Origin: Thelocarpon superellum | Lineage: Eukaryota | Length of the DNA stretch: 64,000 nt | Direction: 5' to 3' | NCBI GenBank assembly: GCA_026025795.1 | Contig: JAPEUG010000013.1 | Location: 1 to 64,000, forward strand | Shown: positions 1 through 10,908 of the stretch, one piece after another | Numbering within the stretch: position 1 is the first letter of the stretch | Layout: each line of letters opens with the position of its first letter | Notes under the pieces: model-generated | The model's database searches: none | What the model was told of the DNA's origin: nothing | What the model saw: the letters and a program-made list of their open reading frames with translations, nothing else | Translations under genes and position numbers: made by a program

Positions 1-123
1 CAGCCAAAAGGCATCCTCGTCGTTCTTCGTCAGGGCCAACACCTTGTCGCCGATGAAGATGGCCGCATCGTCCTGGTGTTTATTCAGCGCGTCCTGGCGC
101 CATTGCCGGAGAAAGGTTTCCAT
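1..123 (-). CDS. cut9: Anaphase-promoting complex subunit Cut9/Cdc16 (APC6), 5' end only; runs off the window
   Basis: Reverse strand from ATG at 123 reads METFLRQWRQDALNKHQDDAAIFIGDKVLALTKNDEDAFWL, the recognisable N-terminus of fungal Cdc16/Cut9. Too short for the ORF track. Confidence 0.85.
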   Translation of the reverse strand, partial: METFLRQWRQDALNKHQDDAAIFIGDKVLALTKNDEDAFWL

Positions 124-274
124 TGCGCCGACCGTGACGCAGTTGGCCTTTACTCAGAAGGGATCATCCTCCATACTCTCGGTCCTCTGGCAGTCGAGCA
201 TGCATGGGGTGGGGTGAGAGGATGGGAACTTGCGTCCTGTACGTGACTCGCTTGTTGACGCCCCACCATCCGAC

Positions 275-1000
275 TACGACGGACTATAGCGCTGAGTGCG
301 ACACATCCGGAATTCGCGAATTCACGTAGCGAATTCCGGATTCTGGATTCCGAATTCCACGCAGCCAGCGACTAGGATCTGAGGTGGAGCTGCTGTATGT
401 GCTGCTTCACCTCAGAGCTTTGGCGTGGCCGCCCTCGCAAAGATCCCCAGGCCCAGACCTATCGACCAGAGCTTCCAGAGCTTGCTGGACTCGAGGACCC
501 ACCTACAGAGGACCCACCTACAGAGGACCCACCCACAGAGGACCCGGCAGATCCTGGCCATGTCGATCCAGCAATGCACTCAACCCTTCAGAGCTGATAC
601 CATGGCTGGATGGAGGAAGAAGATGACATGGAGGTGGGAGAGGTCATCAACCAAGCTGTGCAAGAAGCCAAGGATGAGCAACAGCTCATAGTGATGAGTG
701 GTGCCCAGGGATCATCAGTTGCGCAGCCATCTGGTGAGACTGGCTATCTCACAGAGGATTCTGAAATCAGCCTGGGCCAGGCTGAGCTGTAGATAGCAGT
801 GCTACAGGGATTGAGAAATCTCCCTCTCATAGACTACATTCTAATCAAACTTCTCCCTTGTCTACACTGGGTGGTGCAGCATCATCTCCATCAGTTGTTG
901 TTGTACTGCGCTGCGTGGAATTCGGAATCGGGAATCGCGAATTCGCTACGCGAATTCGCGAATTCCTGATGTGTCGCACTCGGCGTTATAGTCCGTCGTA
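275..1000. mobile_element. Non-autonomous TIR DNA transposon (MITE or internal-deletion derivative)
   Basis: 91-bp terminal inverted repeats at 275-365 and 910-1000 (8 mismatches by manual alignment, termini TACGACGGACTATA). Flanked by an exact direct repeat ATCCGAC at 268-274 and 1001-1007. Interior carries a broken acidic ORF. Confidence 0.9.
493..546 (+). repeat. 15-bp tandem repeat (GAGGACCCACCTACA, about 3.5 copies) inside the transposon
   Basis: Encodes EDPPT-EDPPT-EDPPT-EDP in frame 397..597. Confidence 0.85.
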
Positions 1001-1392
1001 ATCCGACGTCGATGTCCAGCGAGCAGCGAGAAGCGAGGACACGAGGCCAAAAGTGAGCAGACTCCTCTACTTGACCCAGGAATCGTAAGCTCCCTTGTCT
1101 CAGCCCACATACAAGATCGGTGACACGCAACAGAATCTGGTGATGGAGCACAGCACCATCTACAAATCCACCGCTGTCGGGGTAGTTCTTGCTTGTCGTG
1201 GGGGAGGAGTACTTCGCATGAGCACCGGGTGGGGATTGGTCGTCGAAGACGTTTGCTCACCTTTGGACCCAAACTTTGCTCTCATGCCGAGACAGATGTA
1301 GGCAAATAAATACAGCTACACGCTTAACACCCGAACAGGTCACGACGACACCGCTACACGTGTGTAGTCCATGACTCTTGTGGCTGTGAACG

Positions 1393-1794
1393 TTATGCGT
1401 CCTCGGCTGGACCTGAACCGTCCCGGTTCCGTGACGCTGCTGCTCCTCTTCCCGTCGCTATGCTGGTGCGTAAGGCTGGGATCAGAATCTCTAACGTGCG
1501 TTTGTCCTGTTGTGCTTGGTCCGATGCATGCTTGGCCTCGTTTGCCGCGACCTTGTAGCGTTCGATCTGCTGCTGGGTCTGACTGGCTTGGTGACCGACA
1601 TCGGGGACCTCGGGCGCATCGTCCTCGAACCCCTCCAGCCGCCGTCGTTGACGAGCTATTTGGCCAGCCGCGGGTTGCTCTAGCGTTGTACCACGACGTT
1701 GGGCAATCTCTAAGAAGTGGGTCTGGCGCTGATGCTCGGCCTCCGTTTGGGCACAAAGCTCTTGCTGCTCTTGCTGCTCTTGCAACTGCTCCAT
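1393..1794 (-). CDS. Possible coiled-coil hypothetical protein or gene relic
   Basis: 133-aa Q/E/R-rich helical-looking ORF; no family recognised. Confidence 0.25.
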   Translation of the reverse strand: MEQLQEQQEQQELCAQTEAEHQRQTHFLEIAQRRGTTLEQPAAGQIARQRRRLEGFEDDAPEVPDVGHQASQTQQQIERYKVAANEAKHASDQAQQDKRTLEILIPALRTSIATGRGAAASRNRDGSGPAEDA

Positions 1795-2435
1795 GCGCGC
1801 CCCGGTGAAGGTATTTGGGTTACTGGAAAGTGGATGACTACAGCCAATCCCAGCAGCTGTGGGCGATTAGCGAGGGTGCTCATCCCGAAGATGCGTCCAA
1901 CAGCTTATCGAAGTGAGAGGAATACCTTGGAAGACACTACAACATCTTTTCGTTGATCCTGCTTGTTCAATAACCGTTGGCTGGACCAATATGAAAGATG
2001 TCGTGAAGCGGCAAGTTGAGGTCAAGGTCACGGAGAGATATACTCGTACTTGGTACCAAGTACTTCGTCCCTGGGATGTCGGGGAGTGGACTAGGTGGTG
2101 TAACGGGTGGGCATAGCCGTACAAGTCTGAGGAGGCTACAGCCATTCAAGAACGCAACTTCGCCTTGTCCAGCTCTCACACATGGGCCGCGGGACGGAAG
2201 CAGCTCCCGGTACCAGCTGGCGCAGACTTCTGCTGCCCGCCTCACTTTCCGAATGAGTCAGCCGATTTGGCCCCCGCCATCTTGACGAGGATACGAGTAA
2301 TGTTATGTTAGTTCTCGCTCACTGATTATTCCACCACTCACATCACTTCCATCTTGACGTCCCATACCTCACCTTCTTCCCACGCCCCACACCACCGACT
2401 CCTACCAACCCGACCACCTACTAAGACCACCCACC

Positions 2436-3227
2436 ATGTCGGAACGAAAGGTCCTCACGAAATACTACCCGCCAGACTTCGATCCGTCCAAGATCACGCG
2501 ATCCCGGGTGCCCAAGGCGCCGGGCCCCAAGGTGATCCCCGTGCGACTGATGGCGCCGTTCGGGATGAAGTGCACCTCATGCGGCGAGTACATCTACAAG
2601 GGCCGCAAGTTCAACGCGCGCAAGGAGACCACGGACGAGAAATACTACGCCATCCCCATCTACCGCTTCTACATCCGCTGCACGCGCTGTTCGGCCGAGA
2701 TCACCTTCAAGACGGATCCGAAGAACATGGACTACACCTGCGAGCGCGGGGCGAAGCGCAACTTCGAGCCGTGGCGACAGAAGGGCGATACGGAGGAGAC
2801 GGAGGAAGAGCGGCTGGATCGGCTGGAGCGCGAGGAGGAGGAGAAGAACGCCATGGTGGAGCTGGAGACCAAGACGCTCGATGCCAAGCGCGAGATGGCC
2901 ATCGCCGATGCCCTGGATGAGATTCGCACGAGGAATGCGCGCAATGAGCGCGGGGAGCTGGTGGCCGGCGTCGCGGGCGTCAAGGACGAGGCGGACAAGG
3001 AGCGTGAACGCGCGGAGAGGGAGGACGAGGAGGCCGCGCGCCGCGCCTTCATGCGTGATCCCATCGAGCTGCCCCCCGAAGAGGAGATGGTGCGGGATCA
3101 CGCTCCGTTGGAGAAGGTCGACGCCCCCGTTGCCGCCGCGCCCCCGCCGTCCTTCAAACGAGTGGTCAAGAAGAAAAAGGACCTGTCGGCGGCGTTGGGC
3201 ATCAAGAAGAAACCAGCGCTGGTCTAG
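2436..3227 (+). CDS. YJU2: Splicing factor Yju2/Cwc16 (CCDC94)
   Basis: MSERKVLTKYYPPDFDPSKI, VRLMAPF..CxxCGEYIYKGRKFNARKE, and RCTRCSAEITFKTDPKNMDY. Intronless. Confidence 0.97.
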   Translation: MSERKVLTKYYPPDFDPSKITRSRVPKAPGPKVIPVRLMAPFGMKCTSCGEYIYKGRKFNARKETTDEKYYAIPIYRFYIRCTRCSAEITFKTDPKNMDYTCERGAKRNFEPWRQKGDTEETEEERLDRLEREEEEKNAMVELETKTLDAKREMAIADALDEIRTRNARNERGELVAGVAGVKDEADKERERAEREDEEAARRAFMRDPIELPPEEEMVRDHAPLEKVDAPVAAAPPPSFKRVVKKKKDLSAALGIKKKPALV

Positions 3228-3344
3228 CATATGTGCAAGGTGTGCTTTGGCGTACGGGCATGGCCGCGCAACGGCATCGGCGTCGCGTAGCGTCGGCCTT
3301 TGACAGTCTGCATGGACGGTCCCCCCACAGGAGCATGTCGAACA

Positions 3345-4952
3345 TCATCGCTTCTTGATACCCACCACGACCAGGTTCCGTGGACTCTTGTCGTAGCTGA
3401 ACACCGCTTCCACCCAGCATCGATCCACCGTCTCCTGCTCCCGCAAGAAACTCCAGCGATCGGTCACGATGACGGCCTCGGCGGCGATGGCGGAAAAGGC
3501 CATCAGCGTCCACAGGATGCTCATCTCCTTCTTCCGATGGCCGTACTGTGTCTCGTACCCCTCAATCTCCTCGTCCGTCAGCCCGTCCATGCGCGCGCCG
3601 ATCCACGGCCCGAGGTCCGATGTCGTGGCCATCTTGTGCACCGCGCCCCGCACGTACGCCGTAAAGGATGCGTAGCACGCCTTGCGCAAGGACCCGATGA
3701 TGACCGGGTCCGTCCCAGCCGGTCCGCCGTCCTTCCGTTCCGCCGTCATCGGTCCGCCCGCCGACGGACCCACCACGCCTCGGTCGAGGAAGATGCGTTG
3801 GAGCAGCGCGCGATAGTAGTGCCGGGTGAAAAAGGCCTCGCTCTCCTCCGCCGTCCAGTTGTTGGGCGCTTGCACCGCCATCATCCGCGCCGTGATGTTC
3901 AACCGGATCCCTCGACCCCCCGGCCGATCACACGTCGCAAACCGCTCGGACATGGGAAAGCCATGCGGGTCGAAGGCGAGACCCTCGCGAATCACCCGCG
4001 CATTGTCGGGCCGGAGAGTCGGCAGCTTGTACGTGGGTGGACCCAGACGCTCCGTCATCAGGTTATAGCAACACCCCACCATGGCCACCGCGACGACGGC
4101 CTCGTTCAAGACCAGAGAGCGCAGGCCGTGATGGACCAGATTGCCGCAAGAATGAAGCGACATCACCATTAGCTGCGGCGGGCGCGTGGACTGAATCTGA
4201 TCGTGCACACGGGACAAGGACCCATCGAGGATCCGGTGTTGGATGTATTGAATCGAGTCAGCCGCCATCGTCGGCGGCGCCGCCGGGATCTTGGCTAGAT
4301 TCCGTTGGCGCGACGACGGTCCCCTGGGTTGACCAGCCATGCGCGTCTTGAGATCCCACTCGCGCGCGCCCGCGATGTTGCTCGCCTTGCTCTCGATGGC
4401 GATGATCTGACGGTGGTAGGGCGGGCTGGCGAGCGCCCTCCCCAGATAGTTCTGCCCGGATCCAAAGTCCACGAGGTGGGTAATGTCCTGTCCGCCCGCT
4501 TCCAGACTCGCCGCCAAGCCGTGCACATAGTGTGCAAATTCCCGCACCTCGTGCACCTTCTTCGGCCTCATGCCCGTCGCCACATGGCGCGCAATAGCCG
4601 GGGCCCCCCGCGAAGAAAATGCTCGCCGGAGCGAGTGTTTCCGGATCTCCTTGACGTACTCAAGAAGTGATGAAGGGAGCCCAGCATGGCCAACGCTTGA
4701 CGCATCGAGATCTCGCTGCATCAGCGTGCTCAGGATCTCGTGCATGTCTTGCTGCTGAAACCATTCTCGCCATGACGCAGGGAGGATGGTAGCATACAGA
4801 TCCGGTTGGGACGTGTAAAAGTCGAGGATGTGTACCCCACCGCAGAACGTTTGGAAATACTGCGAGCGAGTGGCAAAGTCAATCAGCGACGCTACATACG
4901 TGTCCGCGCTGAGAAACTCAGCACTGATGGGCAGGGGGCGCGTTGGTGACAT
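3345..4952 (-). CDS. SAM-dependent methyltransferase, METTL25/RRNAD1-like (Methyltransf_32)
   Basis: GMRPKKVHEV, VDFGSGQNYLGR (motif I), SLHSCGNL, VGCCYNL and C-terminal SPRNLVVVGIK. First ATG taken at 4952. Confidence 0.88.
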   Translation of the reverse strand: MSPTRPLPISAEFLSADTYVASLIDFATRSQYFQTFCGGVHILDFYTSQPDLYATILPASWREWFQQQDMHEILSTLMQRDLDASSVGHAGLPSSLLEYVKEIRKHSLRRAFSSRGAPAIARHVATGMRPKKVHEVREFAHYVHGLAASLEAGGQDITHLVDFGSGQNYLGRALASPPYHRQIIAIESKASNIAGAREWDLKTRMAGQPRGPSSRQRNLAKIPAAPPTMAADSIQYIQHRILDGSLSRVHDQIQSTRPPQLMVMSLHSCGNLVHHGLRSLVLNEAVVAVAMVGCCYNLMTERLGPPTYKLPTLRPDNARVIREGLAFDPHGFPMSERFATCDRPGGRGIRLNITARMMAVQAPNNWTAEESEAFFTRHYYRALLQRIFLDRGVVGPSAGGPMTAERKDGGPAGTDPVIIGSLRKACYASFTAYVRGAVHKMATTSDLGPWIGARMDGLTDEEIEGYETQYGHRKKEMSILWTLMAFSAIAAEAVIVTDRWSFLREQETVDRCWVEAVFSYDKSPRNLVVVGIKKR

Positions 4953-5195
4953 TGCTGTGGTGGGCGGACGTTCAGGCGTTCCGGATAAGTGCGGCACGTC
5001 GGCTTACCCGGCGAGCCAACCGGCCGAGCTGACCACGCGGTACGCGTGAAGGCCGTGAGGAAGGCAACGGCAATGTCCTCCAATCCAAGTCGGCGAGATC
5101 GATGCGGTCAAGGCGAGCGACGAGAAACCCATTCCGTTGTCTTGGGAGGCATTTAGAGCCAACCGGGGCCTCGTAGCCCTGGCCGGGCGCCAAGG

Positions 5196-6058
5196 ATGTC
5201 CTCCATCAATGACTCCGACCCGTTCCTTCAAGTCCAAGCGTATGCTCCCCCCAGACACCCTAGACCCACTCGGCCCACCGAGGGACTGATGATCGACCAG
5301 CGACGTCTTGTCCTTGTTAGAAACCACCCGCCCGCTCTTCTCCTCCTACCTGCGCATCCGTAGCCTCGCCTCCTCCCCGACCTCACCGGAGCTGGTGCAA
5401 GCGCGGTCCGAGCTCGAGTCGACCCTCCAAGACTTGACCACCGACCTCCAGGATTTGGTCGACAGCGTCCGCGCCGTCGAGCATGATCCCTATCGCTATG
5501 GGCTCGAGATCGAAGAGGTCGCCCGACGCCGGAAGCTGGTGGAGGAAGTCGGAGGGGAGGTCGAGGACATGCGGGAGGAGCTGCTCAAGGCCGTGGCCGG
5601 GGCTGATCGAAAGGCGAGGAACACACGAGCTGGCGCACTACCCGCGGACGACTTCGCCGACCCCATGTCGCCACAGGAGGATGAGTACGCCGCGTTCGAA
5701 GAGCAGCGCCAGCAAGAGATGATGCACGAGCAAGACGAGGCGCTCGACGACGTCTTTCAGACGGTCGGGAATCTGCGGCAACAAGCCGATGACATGGGAC
5801 GCGAACTGGGAGAGCAGGGTGAGCTTTTGGATGACGTGGATACGCTGGCAGACCGTGTCGGGGGGAGGCTGCAAAATGGCATCAAGCGGGTAGGCGCGGT
5901 GCTCAAGCAGAACGAAGGTCAGCATGGCGGATACGTCGTTGATACGAATGCACCTTTCGAGGTACTAACGGCCGCTACCAGATTCCATGTCAACGTGCTG
6001 CATTGGCCTTCTGATCTTGGTCCTCATCCTCCTCCTGATTCTTGTCCTGGTCCTTTGA
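5196..6058 (+). CDS. TLG1: Qc-SNARE Tlg1/syntaxin-6 (3 exons)
   Basis: Exon 1 MSSINDSDPFLQVQ, intron 5240-5300, then syntaxin-6 N domain and SNARE motif EQDEALDDVFQTVGNLRQQADDMGRELGEQ. Intron about 5918-5981; last exon is the TM anchor CCIGLLILVLILLLILVLVL*. Confidence 0.93.
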
Positions 6059-6582
6059 TCGCGGAGATCCGTCGCTCAACGACCGAAACGACCCCGGCCA
6101 CCCCGAGCATCGACTTCGACTCGATCTTGGTGAGAATCAGGCGAAGTCCCCGTGGACAGACCAAAAGGCGAATCCACGCTGGTCGACCGCACCGGACCAT
6201 GGCCGCGCCATGCTGGACGCGGACAAAACTCAAGGAGATCCTCCCAGGACGGCAGCCGCCCTTCTTTCACCTGGTGTTCATGACAGTGCAGATGCTTCAG
6301 TTGCATCTTGGGCGTTTCACTGGAGCCACGGTTTAGCGCTTCGACTTCCACAGTCTAGTGATGGAGCGGGGGCGCCCGGGTATCCCCGGTGCACAATCAT
6401 ACTTTGTAGAATGTTCGTGGATCTAGAAGTGTATGATGAAAGGGAACAGGATGACCTCGCCATGGGTTCGGTCGACGTGCGCCTCGCAAAACATCCGAGC
6501 CTGTCTCGATCCCTCTTTCCAGCCTGCCCCAAGACTGATCTTCTCATGAAGCCTTCCTTGATATCCTTGCCTCGGCCCAGCA

Positions 6583-6616
6583 CAACAACAACAGCAGCAG
6601 CAGCAGCAGCAGCAGC
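6583..6616. repeat. (CAA)n(CAG)n microsatellite
   Basis: Read directly, in the convergent 3' region between TLG1 and the secreted protein gene. Confidence 0.9.
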
Positions 6617-6637
6617 TTCTCCAACACAATCCTGGCT

Positions 6638-7033
6638 CTAGAGCGAATGGCAATCCACGTCCGTTCCGGTCGCAAAGTTGATGGCTTCCTCAACCTGAGG
6701 ACTCAGCCCAACGGTAGTTTGGAACCGAGCGATAGTGCCATTTCCTAACGTCGCATTGCTGCAGGAAGTCGCCTTCGAGTCGTCGCAGTACCATGTTGGG
6801 TCATGGATGATGGCGAATTCATCCAATTCGGAGCTCAGGTCGCCACACGCCCTGCCGGCACAGCCCAGATTGATCGTGTATTGTTTGAGCGCTCCCGCCT
6901 GCTCAACGATGCAGCTATGGGCAGGATAAACCGTGGTGTTGTGCGGCTCGGCCGCAGATGAAAGCGCGACAAGCCCAAGAGCAGCCATGGCGGCCGCCAC
7001 ACTGCTGCTGCTAGACTTTCTGAAGATCCACAT
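6638..7033 (-). CDS. Small secreted cysteine-rich protein (effector-like)
   Basis: 131 aa, hydrophobic signal-like stretch (VAAAMAALGLVALSSAA), 6 Cys and N-glycosylation sequons (NTT, NAT, NGT). Confidence 0.7.
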   Translation of the reverse strand: MWIFRKSSSSSVAAAMAALGLVALSSAAEPHNTTVYPAHSCIVEQAGALKQYTINLGCAGRACGDLSSELDEFAIIHDPTWYCDDSKATSCSNATLGNGTIARFQTTVGLSPQVEEAINFATGTDVDCHSL

Positions 7034-7943
7034 GGTGTGCTGGTGCTGCTACTGATGATGCCAGTAGGAAAGGGATGAGAGTTAGTGCGACACTGCACTC
7101 GAGCAGGTTCTTGGAGGATAAGACGACGAAGCTGCTGCACATTGATGAATGGCGATGAGGTAGAAGGGAGAGGATTGCAAGGGCTCTTATGTACTGTAGT
7201 GACGGTGCATCGCATGAATACGCTCACCAAGACGTTTCCATCATTCTGGTGAAACAAGTTGCATAGCATGCTCAGTCACACGGTTCGAGGCGCAGTCAGC
7301 ATATGCGTTGAGCGCATGTAAGGTCTTGACCGGGCTTTGCTGCAGACACCCTAATGCTCTATATTTATACCACGATTCTACCAAGGTAATACCTGTCCAC
7401 ATTTCCCTAGACGAGGATTCTGCCCACGTTGATCTTTTTGTGGTGCTACCTTGTGCATGATAGTCTGAGCTGCCTTGGTTGTTGGTTTGTTGAGGAGTTT
7501 GGTGTGTTCTTATGCCTCCTCAATTCTAGGCAATTACACGCTCTGGTCACCGGTGTAGAGTGCATGAACGGCACGTTGTGAACCTCATCTGACCACAGAT
7601 CTCAGCTGGGGTTACGTTAGATGCAATCTGCTCGCACAGCCGTGTGCTGGGAGACGATCCGGCTGCATGGTGGCATCAGTTGGAGGAGATAAAATGTGGC
7701 TCTACTCGAGAACGAATGGCGATGAAGGTAAAGTGCCGGTACTTGTCGCTTGTAGGCAGATTGAGTGCATCCACCCTGTACCGACAGCTTCGTCAAGCTC
7801 CGTCGCCAGTTGGCCAGAGCTCGGCCGGCCTCAAATCAGGCTGGGACCGCCAATTCCCACCGCTCTACCGCCATTCACCACCAAACTCCAGCGACAGACC
7901 CATCCGGCTGTCCGGTGCCCATCGACGAAGAACAAACCCCGAA

Positions 7944-9068
7944 ATGGATCCATCATTGGACTCAGCTGTGTCGTACGAGGAACTGGCCGAGGTGGAAAAA
8001 GATTTTGACGAGGTCGAGATGGTCATCTGTACGTGCTTCCACCTTCGCCGCTTTCCCCGACCCGAGACGGAGCCAGCTCTGAGGGAAGTGTGCGACGACG
8101 GTAGTACGAAAGCAAAACGCCCTACAAGCTCCTCTCTACGAGAAGCGAAAAGCCCTGGTCTCCCGCGTGCCGTTGTTCTGGCCGCTCGTCTTGGAGCAAG
8201 CCCCGCCAGAGATCGACCAGTTCATCCAACCCACCGACTCCACGATCCTTGCGACCCATCTACTCGATCTTGACGTCACCCGCTTTGACATTCCTCCCCA
8301 TTCCGACGATGAACAAGGTGAACCGCGTTCGTTCGCCATCACTTTGCGCTTCACGGAAAACGAGTACTTTGAGGATGCCTGCTTGGAGAAGAGGTTCTGC
8401 TTCCGGCGCGCGCATGACGGCTGGACCGGCCTCGTCTCGGACCCGGTCAAGATCCGATGGAAGGCGGGCATGGACCTGACCCAAGGTCTGACCGACGGCG
8501 CATATGCGGCGTGGGAGGCGGAGAAAGCTCATCCAGATTGGGACCCCAGCAAGCCTCTGCCGGAGCACCAGATGATCAGCAGCCGGATGGAAACGCACAC
8601 AGAAGGTTCGATGAGCTTCTTTGCCTGGTTTGGGTATCGGGGACGTCGCGTCAGCGCCGAGGAATCGACCGCGGCCAATGCCGCCGAAACGGAGCGTCGA
8701 GAGAGGTGGAAGGCCGGGGACAAGACCGCCAGCAACGCCGTGCCGGACCACGAGCCACCCGAGATTGAAGACGATACCGAAATCTTTCCGATGGGCGAAG
8801 AGCTGGCTATCGCCATTAGTGAAGACCTCTTTCCCAGCGCTCTCAAGTATTTCAGTGAGGCCCCCCTACGGTTTTCCGTCGCTAGCTTGTCGAGCATGAG
8901 ACTAACCCACCACCAGCACAGTCACACGACGAAGAAGGCATGTCCGATGTGGATTTTGAGGGCTCCGACGACGACAATGGGCCCGTCAACCTCCGTGCAT
9001 TGGTGGATGGGGACGGAGACTCCGACGACGTCGACAGTGACCGACCGAAGAAGAAGCAGCGAGCTTAG
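7944..9068 (+). CDS. NAP/SET-family histone chaperone (Vps75-like), 3 exons
   Basis: MDPSLDSAVSYEELAEVEKDF.., intron to 8104, LYEKRKALVSRVPLFWPLVL, FTENEYF, IRWKAG, SFFAWF, DLFPSALKYF. Acidic tail ending RPKKKQRA*. Confidence 0.88.
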
Positions 9069-9608
9069 CGTGTTGAGATGGATTCGATGCTCGTATAATC
9101 TCTGGATGGTCTTCTCTGCGAATTCTCGACTGCGATGATACGCTCTTGGTCTTGTCTCACACATCTACCAAGGTTCCTTTCAATGTAGTAGGAGTACGTT
9201 GCAACTTAGCTGGAGGCAAGCTCCAATGGGACGAATGTAATAAGACGCGATCCAGCGGAGCTCTATGCGAGCATCCAATACCCAAATCAACATGTCCGTG
9301 AGATCGAATGCCGGACGAGTTACCACACGACTGTAGCTCTTCGATCGCATTGGCAGAAGACCCCTCTTCGTTCGCCCAAAACCGAATGCTCTGGAACTTA
9401 TCGCGGAGGTGATGAGGTAGTACTTACCTAAGCCGGTCGTCGTCACCAAACAGGTCCTGACTTTGTCGGTAGGGCTCGTTGGGACTGCTAGTCGATACTC
9501 GCTAGGGTCAATTCGTCCTTGCAGGAATATCACAATCGCGAGAACTTGGGTGTTCGAGCACCATCGACCTCCACCAGCACCATCATACAATCCCACGGCC
9601 GACCCATC

Positions 9609-10908
9609 ATGACGAGTCGCCCTACTGTCTCCGTCCTGAAGGCGGATGGCTCGGCCACTGGCTCGACCCATCCCCTGCCGGCGGTCTTCACCTCGCCCAT
9701 CCGCCCCGACATTGTCCAGTAAGATTTCGGCTTCGTGGCTTCGCGGCCGCACCGCGCGCCCTTCCAATCTGACGTTGATAGGACGGTGCACACGGGCATG
9801 GCCAAGAACAAGCGGCAGCCCTATGCCGTGAGCGAGAAGGCCGGACATCAGACCTCGGCGGAGTCGTGGGGTACCGGTGAGTCTTTCAGCACAAGAAATG
9901 ACCGCCTTCAAGATCGGTCATTGATCCATGACGTGATCAGGTCGCGCGGTCGCTCGTATTCCTCGAGTTTCGGGTGGAGGTACGCATCGTGCGGGCCAAG
10001 CGGCCTTTGGCAATCAGTGTCGTTCCGGACGCATGTTCGCCCCCACCAAGGTCTGGCGAAAGTGGCACCAGAAGCTCAACCAGGGCCAAAAGTGCGTTCG
10101 GAACTACGGAGTGTGACAGTGCTCCTGTACTGATGTGATTCTGCCCAGGCGTTTTGCGACTGCCTCAGCCCTAGCTGCGTCGTCTGTGCCAGCCCTCCTC
10201 CTGGCCCGTGGCCATCACATCTCCACCGTGCCCGAAGTCCCTCTTGTCATCTCGTCCGAGGCCATCACCGAAGCCGCCATCCTCAAGACCGCTGCGGCCC
10301 TTACCTTGCTCAAGGGAGTGGGGGCAGGCCCGGACGTCAGCAAGGTCGTCAAGTCACGCAAGCTCCGCGCCGGTAAGGGCAAGTTGCGAGGACGACGACA
10401 TCGCCAACGACGGGGACCATTGATCGTGTACAACCCTGAGGAGGATGGCCGAGAGCTCTATCGAGCCTTTCGCAACATTCCAGGCGTCGAGACCTGCTCG
10501 GTGTTTGCCCTGAACCTGCTACAGTTGGCGCCGGGAGGACACCTGGGCCGCTTTATCGTCTGGACCTCGTCGGCCTTTGCTGCGCTTGACATCATCTACG
10601 GATCCACGACGACGCCCTCGGCGCTGAAGAAGGACTTCCTCCTACCTTCCAACCTCGTGGCCAATGCCGACATCGGGCGTCTCATCAATTCGTCAGAGGT
10701 GCAGGCCGTCGTACGCGCGGCCAAGGGCGGCTCCAAGACCAAGCGCACCGGCGTGCAGAAGAAGAACCCGCTCAAGAACAAGCAGATCCTGTTGCGCCAC
10801 AATCCCTACGCCGCCGCATACTCCAAGAACAAGCTGGGAAGCCAAAAGGTCGACGCGGAACCTGGCCAAGCCGGCGAGTCCTTTGGAAAGGTCTTGTCAG
10901 AGGACTAG
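9609..10908 (+). CDS. RPL4: 60S ribosomal protein L4 (uL4), 3 introns
   Basis: [71 protein letters not shown]. Confidence 0.98.

Noticed and set aside
1010..2300. Possible second TE relic or gene beside the transposon
   Set aside because: No TIR, LTR, TSD or recognisable domain found; only a low-confidence coiled-coil ORF is kept.
9420..9560. TACTTACCT resembling the U1 snRNA 5' end
   Set aside because: No ATTGCAC loop II or Sm site follows; it lies in the RPL4 promoter region.
9897..9922. Hairpin AATGACCG..CGGTCATT in RPL4 intron 2 as an intronic snoRNA
   Set aside because: The intron is only about 65 nt and lacks properly placed C/D or H/ACA boxes.
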